A stretch of 64,000 bases of DNA from Moniliella sp. 'wahieum' (lineage: Eukaryota), in NCBI GenBank assembly GCA_003971905.1, contig RSEE01000004.1:868001-932000 (forward strand), given 5' to 3'. The translations under genes and the position numbers were made by a program. Under the pieces are notes generated by a model, which saw only the letters and a program-made list of their open reading frames with translations, was not told the DNA's origin and made no database searches. Shown here piece after piece: positions 1 through 13,900 of the stretch. Position 1 is the first letter of the stretch; each line of letters starts with the position of its first letter.

Positions 1-1417
1 CCGCGACGCTTTCGATATAGATTTGGGGTTGACCGACATTACGCCGGGACTGATTGAAGTAACGGGGGCCGACGGGTCTGTTCCGCCGACAGAGGCAGAA
101 TGGTGGTGGGCCGAGTAATACGGAGAAGACTGGACCGAAGACCCTGACTTTGACGCCGACGAGGCATGCTGAGCTTGCGCTTGTAGCATGGACACGCCCG
201 ATGGTAACCCCGACGCAGAGGACGAAGGCAGGATGCCCGATCCCGCCAGCGTAGCCGCCGGAGGCAAGCTAGGAACCGTGACCGGAAGAGGGCTGGTTCC
301 AGGAAAAGGAGACACCTCATTGGATCCCACAGCAGAGGCAACGCTAGCGCGGGCCTGGGTGCGCCTGCGCCCACTGGGCCGTGAGGGTCGCCGCGATGAA
401 GCGGGAACAGCAGTAGGAGGAAGATTAGATTCCGGTTCCACGCCACTAAGACCCGAGGAGGCAGGGGAGCCTGGAGTCCAATATTGGCCGAAGCAGCCAG
501 CCCGACAGGGGACATTGCCGCATGAGTTGGAGTCATGTTGGGGTGATGATGGGGCCCGGGGTTGGAGAGCATGTGGGGGGATGGGGCGTACATATGTTGC
601 CCGTATTGGCCAAACTGGGAAGATACTGTGGCTGCACGACCTCGGTTTGGATCTGTGCCTGCATCTGTGCTTGCACCTGGGCCTGGGCTTGTGCCTGAGC
701 TTGGGCTTGAGCTTGGGCCTCCGCCTGGGCTTGAGCTTGAGCTTGAGCTTGGGCCTGGGCGTGCGCCTGGGCGTCAACTTGTGCTTGAGCTGGGTGCTGC
801 GCATAATGTTGCTGGTACTGCATATGCGACGGGGTATACTGATCGTACGGTGAAGATTGCGTATACTGGGGTGAAGGGCCTGGAGCAGGAGGCGGAGGTA
901 GAGGATGAGGCTGCGCTTGTGATCCATGTATCTGGGGAGGAGGGAGAGCAGGGGATGCAGTCGGAGGGGTGACCAGCCCCATGAACGATCGGGATAGAAT
1001 CGCTTGGATCTCGAGTCCTCCTCCAAGTTCTGGAAGGTCAGCATAGGATCCGGGAGGCCCATGTATCCGCCCTGCGTACGAGACGAAGGATCGTTACGCA
1101 CTACACGCCCGTCGTACCCGCGCATCTCACTCATGCCAGGATGGAAGCCGGAAGGATGAGAAGCGTGCTGAGAGGGATGCGATAGAGCGTGCTGAGCCAG
1201 TGACGAGGCACCGGGGCCGCCCGTCTGAGCTTGGGACAAAGCGGAGTAGTTATGCGGCACGGTAGACGCGCCGGCAGCGGTGGCAACCCCGTGGGTGTAG
1301 CCGTGTGCAGGCGGCACACCGCCTGCTGGCCATCGAGGGGGCGGGGGCGCGTGCATAGGGGGCGGTGGGGAAGACGCGGTCATCGGCCCCACGTGTCGGC
1401 CAGCGGTCGCGGGACAT
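1..1417 (-). CDS. N-terminal part of a Q/A/P/H-rich low-complexity protein (probable transcriptional regulator); likely runs off the window start
   Basis: Minus-strand ORF fragments 533..982 (QAQAQAQ run, PPPP, YQQH) and 39..593 join through frameshifts to ATGs at 1383/1417. No recognisable folded domain in the window. Confidence 0.55.
646..793 (-). repeat. Coding hexanucleotide repeat encoding poly(Gln-Ala)
   Basis: Degenerate (GCN CAR)n on the minus strand, translating to AQAQVDAQAHAQAQAQAQAQAQAEAQAQAQAQAQAQVQAQMQAQ. Confidence 0.9.
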
Positions 1418-1764
1418 GGATCCACGCGAGACAGAAGGGGGAGGGGGGGGAGGGAAGGGCGGGGGCGCGCTGCGGGAGGTGGTGGCGTGCGGGAGCGCGT
1501 CGGAGAGCCCGCGCGCCATAAGCCATGACGAACATCCACAGCACAGCACAGCTGGGCACAACCCACAAGCGGCACAACCGGGGCCAGGCTGCACATGCGA
1601 CGCATCACACAGGCGCCCGGCGGTGGCGGATTCGGAGCTCGAGAGCAGCCCAGTGCGCCGCACCAGCCCCGCGTCGAGCAGTGTGCTTGCGTAAGAAACG
1701 AGGCTTGAAGCTTGAAGGCGGTATCTTCCTGCGCTGCGCGGGCGGCGTAGGGCTCGGGCCGCGC

Positions 1765-1912
1765 TCTCAGGCCGGGCGCTGAGCGGCGCTGCGCTGAGCC
1801 TCAGCCAGGCAGCGCAGGGGCGCTGAGGCCTCCTGGGCTCAGGTCGGCCTGAGAAAGGCGCTCGCTCAGCTGAGCGGCTGCGTGGCTGAGGCTCAGCGCT
1901 TCACGCGCTAAG
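1765..1912. repeat. Intergenic cluster of CTGAG/CTCAG motifs between divergent genes
   Basis: About ten CTNAG sites in ~150 bp (gcgctgagc, ctgagcctcagcc, gctcagctgagc), with gcttgaagcttgaag at ~1703. Confidence 0.7.
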
Positions 1913-2457
1913 CCCTGGAATGCGAACGTTTCAAGTTGGCACGAGGTTTACGCGTTTTGAAATTTGACCCCGTCTCCAACAAATGCATCCCTGGCGGCAG
2001 AGCCGCGTCCACGATCAATACGCCTGTTGATGACGTTGGTGGTACTCGGAGCACACTTTGATTGGCGACGACACAGGCAAGTGAGAAGTGCAACACGCCA
2101 TCACCCCCGCCACCCTCGAGGTCCGTCTGCAGCGCTGCCATCGCCTGACACTTACTACTTCAATCGGCTGCGTGTGGTTTGCCCATACTGAGTACTGAGT
2201 CTCAGATCTCAGACTGATGAATGCTTCCACGTCCAGCGGGGCCAACTAGCAACTGAGCTTTTGAAACCAACTTGCCAACCAACCTGGCCGGCATCACCTG
2301 CATCACCCGGCCGATCGTCCATCATCGATTATCCCGCTCCACCGCAAGCCGCAGCAGGCTGTTTGCGTACCGCCACCATCGTCCCTCCGCGCCGTTAACA
2401 GTCACCCTTTGCAGCCGTCCGCCTTTTCCCATCGCCAGCCAACAGCTAGGTCTGAGT

Positions 2458-3193
2458 ATGTCCGATCCGTATGACGACTATGCGGCCGATGTTGGTCAGA
2501 CACTGGCCCATGCACGCCAACTGGCATCCGCGCGAGACCGCACGTCGCTCCAGTCGGCTCTCGACGCATTGAGGGTTGACCTTGACGACCTCCGTGCTGC
2601 CGTTGAGGTGGCAGCTGCCCAATCGTCTCGATTTGGATTGTCTCCGGAGGATGTGGAAGCGCGAAAACGGTTTGTAGACAAGGCGTACACCGAAATGGGC
2701 CTCTTGGCTCGCACACTCGACGTGGCAGAGGGTACCAGCGACCGGAAGGTGCAAGATCCAGAGGCCGACCCTGCTTTGGCGGACGAGGGAAGCAAGTTGG
2801 CGGATGACCAAGTTGATGACTTTGCTCAGTTGAAATGGCACACCAGGATACACTCTTTGATGCCCAAGAGGAGACACTGGGTTTGCTGGGAGGGACTCTA
2901 AGCTCACTCCAGCGCCAAGCAGGGCACTTCGGCGATGAACTCGCCACCCAGACCGAATTGTTTGAGACGTTTGACATGGAGCTAGATCAAACTCAGTCCA
3001 AACTCCAGCGGGCAATGGGCCGCATGGATACTTTTATCCGTCATACCGATGGCCGCCTTGGCGGTTGGTGCGTCTGGATCTTGATTTTGGTGCGTTGAGT
3101 GTTCTCTTCATTGGCACATGCCGAGCTATGCGCTGACTATGGAGGTCGTTACAGGCTCTGATGCTCCTGCTGCTGATGGCTATCTTGATATGA
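2458..3193 (+). CDS. TLG1: Tlg1/syntaxin-6 family Qc-SNARE
   Basis: MSDPYDDYAADV start; Syntaxin-6_N-like DLDDLRAAVEVA..SRFGLSPEDVEARKRFV; SNARE motif QEETLGLLGGTLSSLQRQAGHFGDELATQTELFETFD; C-terminal TM (WCVWILIL|ALMLLLLMAILI*) split by intron 3090..3154 (GTGCGT..GCTGAC..CAG); one frameshift near 2830. Confidence 0.85.
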
Positions 3194-4162
3194 ATCTGAT
3201 CTTGGCGCAATTGATGGTTTCTCTCGTCTCGGACAGATCGCAGTGGGAGAGTGCGACGTATTGTGGTGCAGGTTGTTCAGACATGCACTCATGCGTGAGA
3301 TGACACCAACAGCCAATGCCGTGTTTGGTGCTAATTATGGGGCAACCAAAGTCGCCATGATTTCTTTGCCCCTCTATTTCCATTATCCAGTACCTACCCA
3401 ATCTTCTCTCGCCTGCAGCACAGCCAGTGCAATCCGCTTGCGTGTCTGGTGTTGCCCCGCATCCCAAGCCCTGTTTTCAACGTTGTACTTTGCTGTCCAG
3501 TGATGAGCTCACAACCAATACCAGTATCAACAGTACCAAACCATTATCGACCACAGTATTCCTCATTCAACACAACCCGATTATGGATACGACCACGTCT
3601 GCTACCTCCCTGTTAAACTTAACACCACCCTCCCCATCTCCACTCCCAGATCGGAGGTGACGACCAGCACTCCCTCTACAATGTCGAACACCCGAACAAT
3701 CACTCCACCATACTGATCTCTCTGATAGTCGCGAAGAAAATTGTTCTTCGGTCCTTCACAGCGTCTAATGGTTCGACAAATGGCCCCACTGCTCCAACAA
3801 CCACTCATGCTTGTCGATGCCTGAGCCACATTACTGGGATATAGGCGCACAATATATATTCGTGCACGGCATGCGGGTACGGGAGCTATTAAAGTATGAG
3901 TAGAGACCCCCTTGTTTCCACTGCTGCTGCTTCCTGATGAATCAACAGTGAACCCTCCATGCCGCGAATGGAATTTGCACTGGGAGTTTTCGGCCCAGCA
4001 TACCCTCCAGAGTGGTAACAAATATGGTTTTATTCACCGCGGCAACACGGGGAGTTGTCGTCAACGTATGACACGCAAAACCCACACAGTGAGTCTACCA
4101 TATTCCCAGTCTTCCATCTATCGTGGCGTATTCCTCGAACATCAATCATCAATGAACATTAT

Positions 4163-6001
4163 TTACCCTTCGTATGGCACCGCCTTTAGCTCCGTCTGGG
4201 GCTTGCTGTCACGGCTGCTGCTTGCCTTGTCGTCATCCCTTTCTCGTCTCCCCCTGCCACGGAGTGTCCGTCACTCCATACCACCTCCTCGGTGCTGTCG
4301 CCAGCCGAGTCTTGCGCCCGCTGTTTCAGGCGTTCGTCTCGCCTCTGCAGCCATGACTGCCCCCGTCCAGGTCAGCACCAACAACGTGAGGCCAATTGAA
4401 TACCACAGGCCCTTGATTGAGTGCGGGTAATCCGTCTGCTTCCATACCGCATTCGGCATGCCCGCATGCACTGCGTATGCCACATCGTTCATCAGCCCCA
4501 CCACCAGCGTGCGCTTTTCGTTGTCCTCTGATGCCAGTTCGTTGCCCCAACCCATGATGAGCCCACTCATGCCGACACCAAATCCCGACATGGCAAAGAG
4601 ATAGAAGCGCCCTCCCACATTTTTGGGGTAGAGCGGTGCGTAGAGCAAACCTAGGCAATTGGCAATGTTGTACACACTCGTCAACACGATGGGCGGCCAG
4701 CGCCTCCCCCGGAAGATGGTGTCGGAGCTCCAGGCCCAGAAAAGCGCGCTCACAATCGCCACAGCCCATGTGATACTAGGAATGTTGTTGATCTGATTGA
4801 TGGTCCACTTGTGGTTGGGGTCATACTTGAGCCAAAAAGGCCAAATGTTGGTAGCGTCGTTGCAGTTGTTCCAGAATACATATAGCCAAGGCAGGAACAC
4901 TGTCACGCCCCCACAGCAAACATCTAGGCAGTCTCCGGATGCTCTCCCCGCTCTGTGCGCTACCGTAATCGTAAGAGAGGACGTACAACATGCCAACTTT
5001 TGATGATGCGAAGAAACCGTTTCTTGGTCCAGGGCCGGCTCTGCGCGCGCCCTACACGAGCCATGCGAGTACTGATCAGGTCCAAGTCATTCTGGTTCAG
5101 CCACCATGTAGGCCCAGTGCCCACAGCCCTTCTGCCCGGGGAGCTGTGGGAGGAAAATCCAGCTCAGCAAGCCAACTGGAAAAGAGATGAGGCCCACAAT
5201 GCAAAACAGCCAGCGCCATCCCGCGTAGCCAGAGGCTCCATTCAACGAGTGGTAAATTGAGCTCTGTAGCGCGCCGGAGAAAATGCTTCCAAGTGAACCT
5301 GCAGTGTGGAAAATGACAGCACGCTTGGCTAGCTCGTGCGGAAGGTAGAAAGAGCCAGTGATGTACTGCATGCCTGGATAGTATCCAGCCTCGGCGAGAC
5401 CAACAAAAAAGCGCGCTGCGTAAAGCGTTTTGTACGACTGGCAGAACATGCTGAACACCGTCGCCAGGCCCCAGACCACCTCGAGAGCTGGAATGACAAC
5501 CCGCGGGGACACGCGCGTAAGCAGCAAAGAGATGGGCAGTTGCATGATGCAGTACCCCACATAGAAGATGCTGTGTTCAACCATTAGCTTTTGCGAGCGG
5601 AGAAATAAAGAAGTACTAGGGGACGTACGAAATGGCAGTAGTGAGCTGGTTGCTCGTCATGCCCAAATCCTCACGCATGCCGCTAACGAAGGCATTATTG
5701 ATGGCCGACTGAGAGATGTTCTTCAGGCAGTATCCGATGGAGGCGGTGGTCAAGATGGCCGCGTCCAGCTTGAATAACAACCTACGCTCACGCGGAGGTG
5801 CATCCACCGTATCCCACACCAGCCCGAGCCGGGTTGGACGCCGACGGGTGGAGCTTTGGTTAAACAGTCCAGGTACCACAGGCAACAAGTCACGGTCGTT
5901 GTCCCGACCGATATAAGCGGATGCGCGTGCGCTTGCGGACCCAACTCCGTGTCGGTTTTCCTCTCCAGTGAAGAGTCAGGAATCGAGGAGTGAGTGCCCA
6001 T
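4163..6001 (-). CDS. MFS transporter, allantoate/pantothenate permease family (Fen2/Liz1-like)
   Basis: ERRLLFKLDAAILT, INNAFVSGMREDL, ARFFVGLAEAGYYPG..GSFYLPHELAKR, GWRWLF, WSSDTIFRGRRWP, EDNEKR motifs; intron 5571..5628 (GTACGT..GCTAAT..CAG); several frameshifts; 3' end approximate. Confidence 0.88.
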
Positions 6002-7091
6002 GGAAGGTCGTGGTTGGTACAAACGTTGGAAAAGGTGAGAGAGGAGAGCAATATCTTATACTCCTTGAAACACTTTCCAGGTGTACTATAGGGGGGAGGC
6101 AGATCTTTTTGTGGTGCTAGTTTTGAGAGTGCGTGCTTGAATGCTGGGAAGTGGTGACCGGCTGTTGGCAATGAGAGGTAGGAACGACGGGGCAATTCAA
6201 GACGCCAACCGCGGGGCAGTGCGGGGCGTAATACTACGATAATCTTTAGATACACACGACACTTACTACTGCTGGAGCTAATAGGGGTGGGTTGAGTAAC
6301 CGTATGATGAGCAGCATGATCCATGATGTCGAGAAGGTACATGCTATCAACGCTTGCCATTGCAGTCCGCTCTCAGGGTTCCATAGAAATGCGCTGCTGT
6401 ACGCGGTATAACGGGCAACACCGTGTCCGACAAGCCCTTTCGAGCTCAGATTGGAGAAGATAGAAGAGTGGGGGGATGACGCGGCGACCAACAATGTCCA
6501 ATGATTAGGAAGAGAAGCTGAGGGACTCTGCGCCACTCGGCCCAGGATGAACGGAAGAGAAGACGCAAGACCTTGCTCCAACCATCTGCATCAAGTCTCT
6601 CTCACCATCGACCATCATCGATCATCATCGATCATCATGCATCATGCTGGGGAGACATCTGTGACGCCCTGGAAGCTGGATTCAAGCTTCAAGGACGCAT
6701 ACCCCTCAGAGAGCTCGTGAGGCGATGCCGCGAGGAAAACGATGCATTATGAGACTGCCCGAAGTATCGGTTAAGCCAATAGGCGCGGCGATAAGAACAC
6801 CGTGACGGCCGTTTGACTTGGCAGGAGAATGATGCGAAGGATGACGTGCGGTGGAGCGTATTCGATGTGGAACACTGACGTTCTTGCATATCGAGACGAT
6901 CTGAATGAAGCGTTGACGCGATTTTTTCAGGCGTCCTCTTGGATGGATCGATGAGCCTCATCGATCATCACCGGTCACCCGTGACGGGTGACAGTGTGGG
7001 CGTCTTCAAGAACGTACATCCAACCCGAATGGCTATCGAGTTTATCAACGAGCCCTCTTCGGGCGGAGGCCTGCCCAGCCTGGCATTGGCT

Positions 7092-7208
7092 CTTCAAGCT
7101 CCAAGCTTCAAGCTTCAAGCTTCAGTGAGCTTGCGGCTGTGGATAGGATGCCCTCGTTACGCTGGGCCAAACATTAACGTTACCCGGTAAAAACGCGTAA
7201 CGCGTAAC
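7092..7208. repeat. Heptamer arrays (TCAAGCT)n and (TAACGCG)n
   Basis: cttcaagctccaagcttcaagcttcaagcttca at 7092..7124; aacgcgtaacgcgtaac at ~7192..7208. Confidence 0.8.
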
Positions 7209-7930
7209 CCCCTACCGCGTCTCCGGTCTTAAGACCGGACGAACGGCCGCCGGTGATGTTGTGACGTGGGGGTGATCTGGTGCCATGGCTCAGGAGCACT
7301 AGGCCAATTCATACCGTAGCTCGTGCTGCCCGCGAGAGCGGCCTTCTTCTTCTGCCCTAGTTCTCTGCAGTTGGTAATTGTCTCTCCACCACCGCTCCGC
7401 TCTTCGCTTTACTCGTACCTCCGTTCCGGTCTCTGTGGCCGATCGACTCCGGTAGTCTGCTTGTTGGAGAATGCCCTGTTCCCCGGAACAACATGATGGC
7501 CCACTGTAGTCTCATCTATGGATGCATCGCCATACCACGTCACACTTGTGGTATGTCATACTTAGCACACTACCCCCACTGCAGTTCCAATGACCTTGTA
7601 AAAGCCACAAAACACGGATCCATTCTCAAGAGCGAGAAGAAAGGAGATAGTAGAGCAGAGAAGAGGGGACGCATCGCGAAACAAAGCCACATCATGGGAA
7701 CAAGGGAGCACAGTAAGGGTAGGAAGAGGGGGCATAGGGAGCAGGCCCAAACATATGCAAGCGGTCGCTTGAAACAGGCAGGCTCGGCTTGGAAGTTGAG
7801 CGGTGGGGGATATCATGACTCGGCAATTCAGAGAGGTGAATCAAGCCAGGGGGGGTAGAAGGGGTACCAAAAAAAGAGAAACGAAAAATGGGAGAGGTAT
7901 TCTATGAGGCAAAGAGAGTGTTGAGAGCCA

Positions 7931-10900
7931 TCAGTCATGGGCTCCCGCATCGATGGCGCCTGCAAGCAAAGCAGATGTCAAGCGGGCCACGAGCACGCGC
8001 TGCGTCTCGTCCAATTCGGAGCCGCGCTGAACGCGCCACATTCAAGGAACCAGGCAAATCCAGCCTCGTCCAGGTAGGCGCCCAGGCCACCACGCCGCGC
8101 CGTCTCGGCCGCCTGAGCAGCCACCACGGGCTCGCACACCGCCACAGAAGTGATGGCCTGCACAGCGTCCAGCACCAGCCCGTTCGTCGAGGATTCAATC
8201 TCGGTTTGCATACCAGCTGCAACCCAGTCGTACCTGCACATTTTTTCGTCAGCAACGTGTACAGCAAGCAACAAGAAAAAAGGGGAGGAACGCACATGAT
8301 GGACAGGATAGCGGGCTTGGCCACAGCCATGTCGCGCAGGGAAGTGTAGAGCAGCACCTTCTCATCCTCATCCTGGGCGTAGTCGAGCAAGGCGGCCAGC
8401 AAAGCGGTAACAAGAAGAGCTTGTTTGTTGTCAACGGGCGCGAGCAGCGGGGCAAGGGACCATTCCCCTTGCCTGCGCGCATTGACCATGGACTCAGCCA
8501 CTTCGCCCGCGATCCCGGCCGATGACAAGAGCGAAGCCAGCCCGCTCTCGGTCGTAGCTGAGGGAAGTAAAGCCACAAACAACCCAACTGCGGGGGCAGC
8601 AACGCTGGCCCGCCCGGCCTTTCCATTTTCCTGGTCGGCTCCAGACGACAGACGCAGCAGGCACAGTAGCACCTCCACCGTCGTCGCCCGTGTTGTGCTC
8701 TCCCGCAGACCACGCACCAGCAGCCCCGCCAGCGCAAAGCCAAAGTCAATCTCAAAGTCCACCCCGGCCTCATCGTCGAGGCGGCAAGAGCGTCACGGAA
8801 CTCGTTCCGAGCCTCGAGGAGGAATGTGAGTGGATCAAGCCCAGCCGCAAGCGGCAACTGCACTGCAGCCAGCGTGGACAGTGCCGCGTTGAGCAGCTGT
8901 GCCGCTGCACTGAAAATCTCGGGCACACTCGTTTCGAGCATGGCAATCGCCACCCAGGCCATCTGCGGAAGGTATTTGCTCTGCGGAGGTAGAGCACGGA
9001 CGACCTTAGCGAGACAGGTAACGATCGAGGCCAGCGGACCAGGGTTACCATTGGAGCCCCACTCGAGCGTGGCACCACGGAGAGAGACCAAGATCTGGTA
9101 CATCAGATCATCATCAATCTCACCCTGTGCTAGGGAACCAAGAAGAACGAAAGCGCGAGACTGGGCATGAGGGTTGTACTGGAACGCAGTGCTGGTCACG
9201 AGGCTCACGAGACGTGCACGCCACGCGTTGGCCGCATCCATGTTGGGTGCGGCAAGATCCAGCAAGGGGAGGACACGCGAAGCGAGCTGCTCAATCTGCT
9301 CGATGGTCGGCTCCGACGCATCAACCACCATGGTTCCCGGTGAATGGGTCGGGGCAGTCATCGCCGTCCTTATCCTTTGGAAGACCAAAGAGGGGCGAGG
9401 CGTCGTTGCTGGCGAAAAAGAGGAGAGCGCTACGGAGCTTACTCGCTGCCAGGGGAGCCGGTGCCCCCACCTGGTCTGTCGGCCCAACACCCAACCAACT
9501 CTCGCCCCCACGTACATGACGCGAATCGTCAGTACACAGCGAGTGGGCCAGGTTGACCAAGCCGTGCGCGTACCGCGGCGCATCACATCTGGCCCGATCC
9601 CCACCAGGAGGAGAAGGACATGGATCGAGTCCGGCAAAAACAACATCAACTCCGCCCTAGATGTGAAGGAGAGCACGACATTGAACCGAACCAACGTGGC
9701 AAGCTCGAGCCAGACTTGCGCATCGGCATGGGGGTTGACGCCCAGGGCCTTGCTCGTCTTGGCGATGGTCCGCCGTAGGCGGGCGAGCAGCTTTCCACGC
9801 ATATTGAAGGAGGCGAATGAGGCAAGGGTCTCGGCCACCGCCTCAAACGCAGCCGTTTCGATTCCAGCATCAATCGCAGCCTCGACAAACACGTCCAACA
9901 AGATAGGCAGAAGCGAGTCCAGCTTGGTCACATGCGCCCAAACCAAGCGCTGCATCAACGAGTACACATCGGGCTCCTGCACTGTGATCTTGACCAGGTG
10001 AGAGAGGATAACCTTGATGCGCTTGATGTACTGCCTGCTGGTTGCGATTGGAATGGGTGAACAGTGCAAGGTTGGCTAGCCAAGGGACCATGTACTGCAG
10101 AGCCGCGGCCTTCTGATCAGGGGGAGACATCAAAGCCTTCAAAGAAGGACACGAGGAACTCCAGTGTGACGGTTGGTGCGGCAGTGGCAAAGTCACGGCT
10201 GATCTCGGCGGCGAAGCTTGTAGTGGTAGCAGGCAACCCAAGGCCCCGGACGGAGAGCAAGCGACGACGCGCATGGGAGGCGGTAAAGCTAAACGAGGTT
10301 GACAAGGCGAAGAGCAGGTTGTATGCGCTGACCCGCAGCGCATAGTCGCCACTGCCAAGGTTGAGCAGCGCCATGTTGAGCAGCGTGCCCGGCACATCGC
10401 TCGGCATCAGCGTCCGCTCCGCGGTGGCAGCGCCAGGAGCAGGGGCAACACGGGTGATGCGAGCCTTTGCCTGGCGGAGTGCCTGTACAATGTTAGAGCG
10501 GTCCTGGGAGTGGAAGAGGAAGACAGTCTGGCCGGCCTTGCAGGTGATGAGGAACGTGGTTTCCTCCCCGCGGGCTGAAGCAGGGCAGATGTCGTCAATA
10601 TCGGCGAAATGGATCACCTCGTTGGTCGCAGCCGCCATGTCGACCCACATCTCTTGGGGCTTGAGCGAAGTGATCTGCAGATACTCGCCACTCGTTTTGA
10701 AGGCAACAGGCACGAGAGCACGTAGTGAGTGAGCAATGAGGGTGGCGTGGCATAGATGTCTCGACGGGCGAGTGGAGGATGGCACTTGTGGTCGGCGCGA
10801 GAGCAATGTCGCGACGGGGAATGAAGCGTTGGAGCTCCTCCAGAGTGTGAACGAAGTGAATGCTCTTGCCGTTAAGGAAGGCAAAGATGCTGTCTGGAGG

Positions 10901-13900
10901 TGCCGGGCCAGCCTTCTCGGATTCGTGCTGGAAGTAGGGATAGATGCACTCCCGGGCAGCAATGTTGGCGTTGAGGACAATCACGGTACGCAAGTGCTCG
11001 CGGATGTCGGTAGGCATGAGCGTGCCCCAGAAGAGCATCCATTGGTGCGGAATCCAGTTCTCAGCTGTCATGCAGGTCATGTCGACCAGCAAGTCAAAGT
11101 CGCGGTTGAGGAAGTGTTGCAGCAGTTGCATCGCATACACGATCAGTGCCTCGAAGTCCACAGTAGCCGCCCGCACGGCAGCTACCGAGTAGTACAGCAC
11201 CGGTCGTCCACTCGCTCCGGGCGGACCGACACGCAGGATGCTCGTGAACGCCGATGTGTCCACGTGGCGTCCAGCGTTGCGTCGCATAAACTCACGGTAC
11301 GCCGCCCCGTCAGGGCGGCCGCCGGGGCCAGTGCCGAGGCCAAGAGCATTAATGTCCAATTCGTAGTCACCACGTTCGGCAAGGAGCGTACGCATCCCAT
11401 CGTACGCTCGCTTGGCGTCGTCTGCCACAGCAGTGTTCCCCTCGGCGCGGGCCGCGGCCGAGCGCGCCAACAGGTCCTTGCCCAGCTCGTCGGCATTGTC
11501 AAACAAGAACTTGTGCAGGGTGTGCTCATCTGACTCGGTCAGCTGGTACCCCACCGCAAAGATGGAGTTCTGTGCACCCGCCGCCGCCGCCGCGCCTGCT
11601 GCCGTGACAGCGCCGCTGGCCCCCACGCCGTCGGGCGGGGGCCAGCGTCTGGTCCAGCGGCTTCACATCGCTCACTTGGTCGAGGAAACGTGACACTTTC
11701 CACGAGTTGCGCTGAAGGAAGTCGTTCATACGCGCCATGAACCCTTCCTTGTGCTGTGCGAGCACAGTGTTCGCGACCAACGTTTGCAATAGCTTGGATA
11801 CGAGCAACAGCCCCCGACGCATTTCACGCGCCCCTGGCGTTAGATTGAGGTCGATGAGCTGTGGGGCGACAATCGCAGGCGAGATGAAGCGAAGGAACAT
11901 AAAGCCGCCTACGCCCTGGTAGCGCGCACCTGGGAACTTGCTGTCCATCAGGATACGAATCTGCCGACACAATTCGCCCAACACTGGTGGCAACTTGGGC
12001 GCCGAAGAGCAGATGGCATCGATGAATGCCTGGGCCATTTCCTCCAGACGTGCCTGATTCGCCGCCAAGATGGCATCGGTTGCCGCTTGCCCGCCCACCT
12101 CGGCAGGGTCAATCTTGGAGGGGTCAATCTCAAACGACACGCCCTGGACGCGTGCAGCGAAGTCAACGATCAAAGGGCCAATGGTAGCACGGAGATATTC
12201 GTAGCCATGCATGCGTGCGTACACTCAGCAGGCGCGTGCGGAACGAGCTGGAACGGAACAACATCTCCTCTGACGGGGTTCGCTCAATCTCCTCCCGTAG
12301 CGCCAATCCTAAGAAGCGCAGCACTTCCCCCTTTGCATCAAAGAGGGAAAGTAGGACGCACTCCATGCTGTCCGTCTCGAACCTGCGGAAGATCTGGCAG
12401 ATAGACAGGGCCAGCTGCATACCCGGGTCGGTAATCAGCTCGGCGAGCTGGTTTTGCTGCTGCCGGGCAGAGTTGAAACGCTCGAGATCGTCAAACTGAG
12501 CGCCCTGGCGGAGGACATTGGTCATGATTTGCATGAACACCGTGCGGATCCGCAGATCGTCCTTGTAGGCGAGCGGGAGGGAGTGCTGCAACCCAGAGTC
12601 AATGTTGGCCGCCAGCAGGTTGCTCAGGGCCTGGATGGCCGATTCCTGCAGCACTTCGCTCTCGTTGACGAGTGTTGCACCTTGCGCCCGCCGCGCCTGG
12701 GCCACAGCGCCCGTTACACCATTGACGGCGGTCGCGCGCGCCGTTGCGTTGGCCTCCGCATCTTTGGCGCGATTAAAGACCTTGAGGAAGTAATTGAAGT
12801 ACATACTGAACTGGCGCGACTTGGCCCACTCCACCTTGTCGTCCAGCACCAACGCATCGTCGGCCAAGATCAACGGCAGGTTCTCGAGCAACATTGACAC
12901 GGTGCGCAAGCAGGCCACATCCAGCTCCCGCTGGACACTCCGGCTGGGAAGCTTGCCCGCGCCACCCTCGTCCGTCTAAACGCCGTGGGTCAGTTTTTCG
13001 TTTCCACACACACTTCAGACCGGAGCGAAAGAAGCCAAGACGCACCGATTCAGATGTCCAAGTGACCAGCGCCTGGAACAGGCGGTTGCGCACGGGCAGC
13101 TCGTTGCTGAACGCAAACGAGGCCTTGTGTTTGAGCAGAGTGGCACATAGGCGTGACACCGCCAACTTGATCCGCAGCGGCTGCTCTTTTTTACCCAACG
13201 CATTCGCATACTCGACATACAAGACCATTAGAGAACCAATGTCAACCCGCAGCGGGCCTTCGCCCTCCTCAGCCTCCTCGCCTTCCTCCTGTGGAGCAAC
13301 CCGCAGCGGCATCCGTGCCAGCATGGCCTCGACCACGGCAATCGACTGCTCAATGAACACGGTAAACATGTCCGAAGGCCGCGGGAGACCCGTGTGCTTG
13401 TCAAAGAACTCAGAGAGCACAATGTGCACCTGTTTCAGCAGGTGGGCCGCCAGTTTCACCCCCAAATCCTGGCCTAGGGTGGACTTGACCTTGTCCCGGA
13501 CCCAGAGGGAGTCGCTGACGAGCAAGTCCACCATCTCCTGTACATAGGTGTCGACAAGCGTTGCCGTGTCGGACTCCTCACCAACCCCGGGCAATTTGGG
13601 CGAAACGAGCGGCAACGCCTTCTCCTCAGCATGCGGAAGGGACACCGAGCCACCCAAACTGGCCAGGAAGGCAGTCAGGTTGTGCCAGTAAGCTGCCTTG
13701 TCTTGCGCCGTGTCGCTCATGTCGGCCGCCATGGGCCGAGCGACGATTTGGGTGAGGGTGCCCCAGCGGCGATAAGCCTCGGTCCAGGCTCCCCTCGCAC
13801 CCTGGGTTGGGCCCAGTCTGTCCATCTCCGAGATCTCGGCCAGGGCTTGACGGAGCGCACGTTGTTGGGCCACACGCCCAGCAAAGGAGAGGAAACTTTC

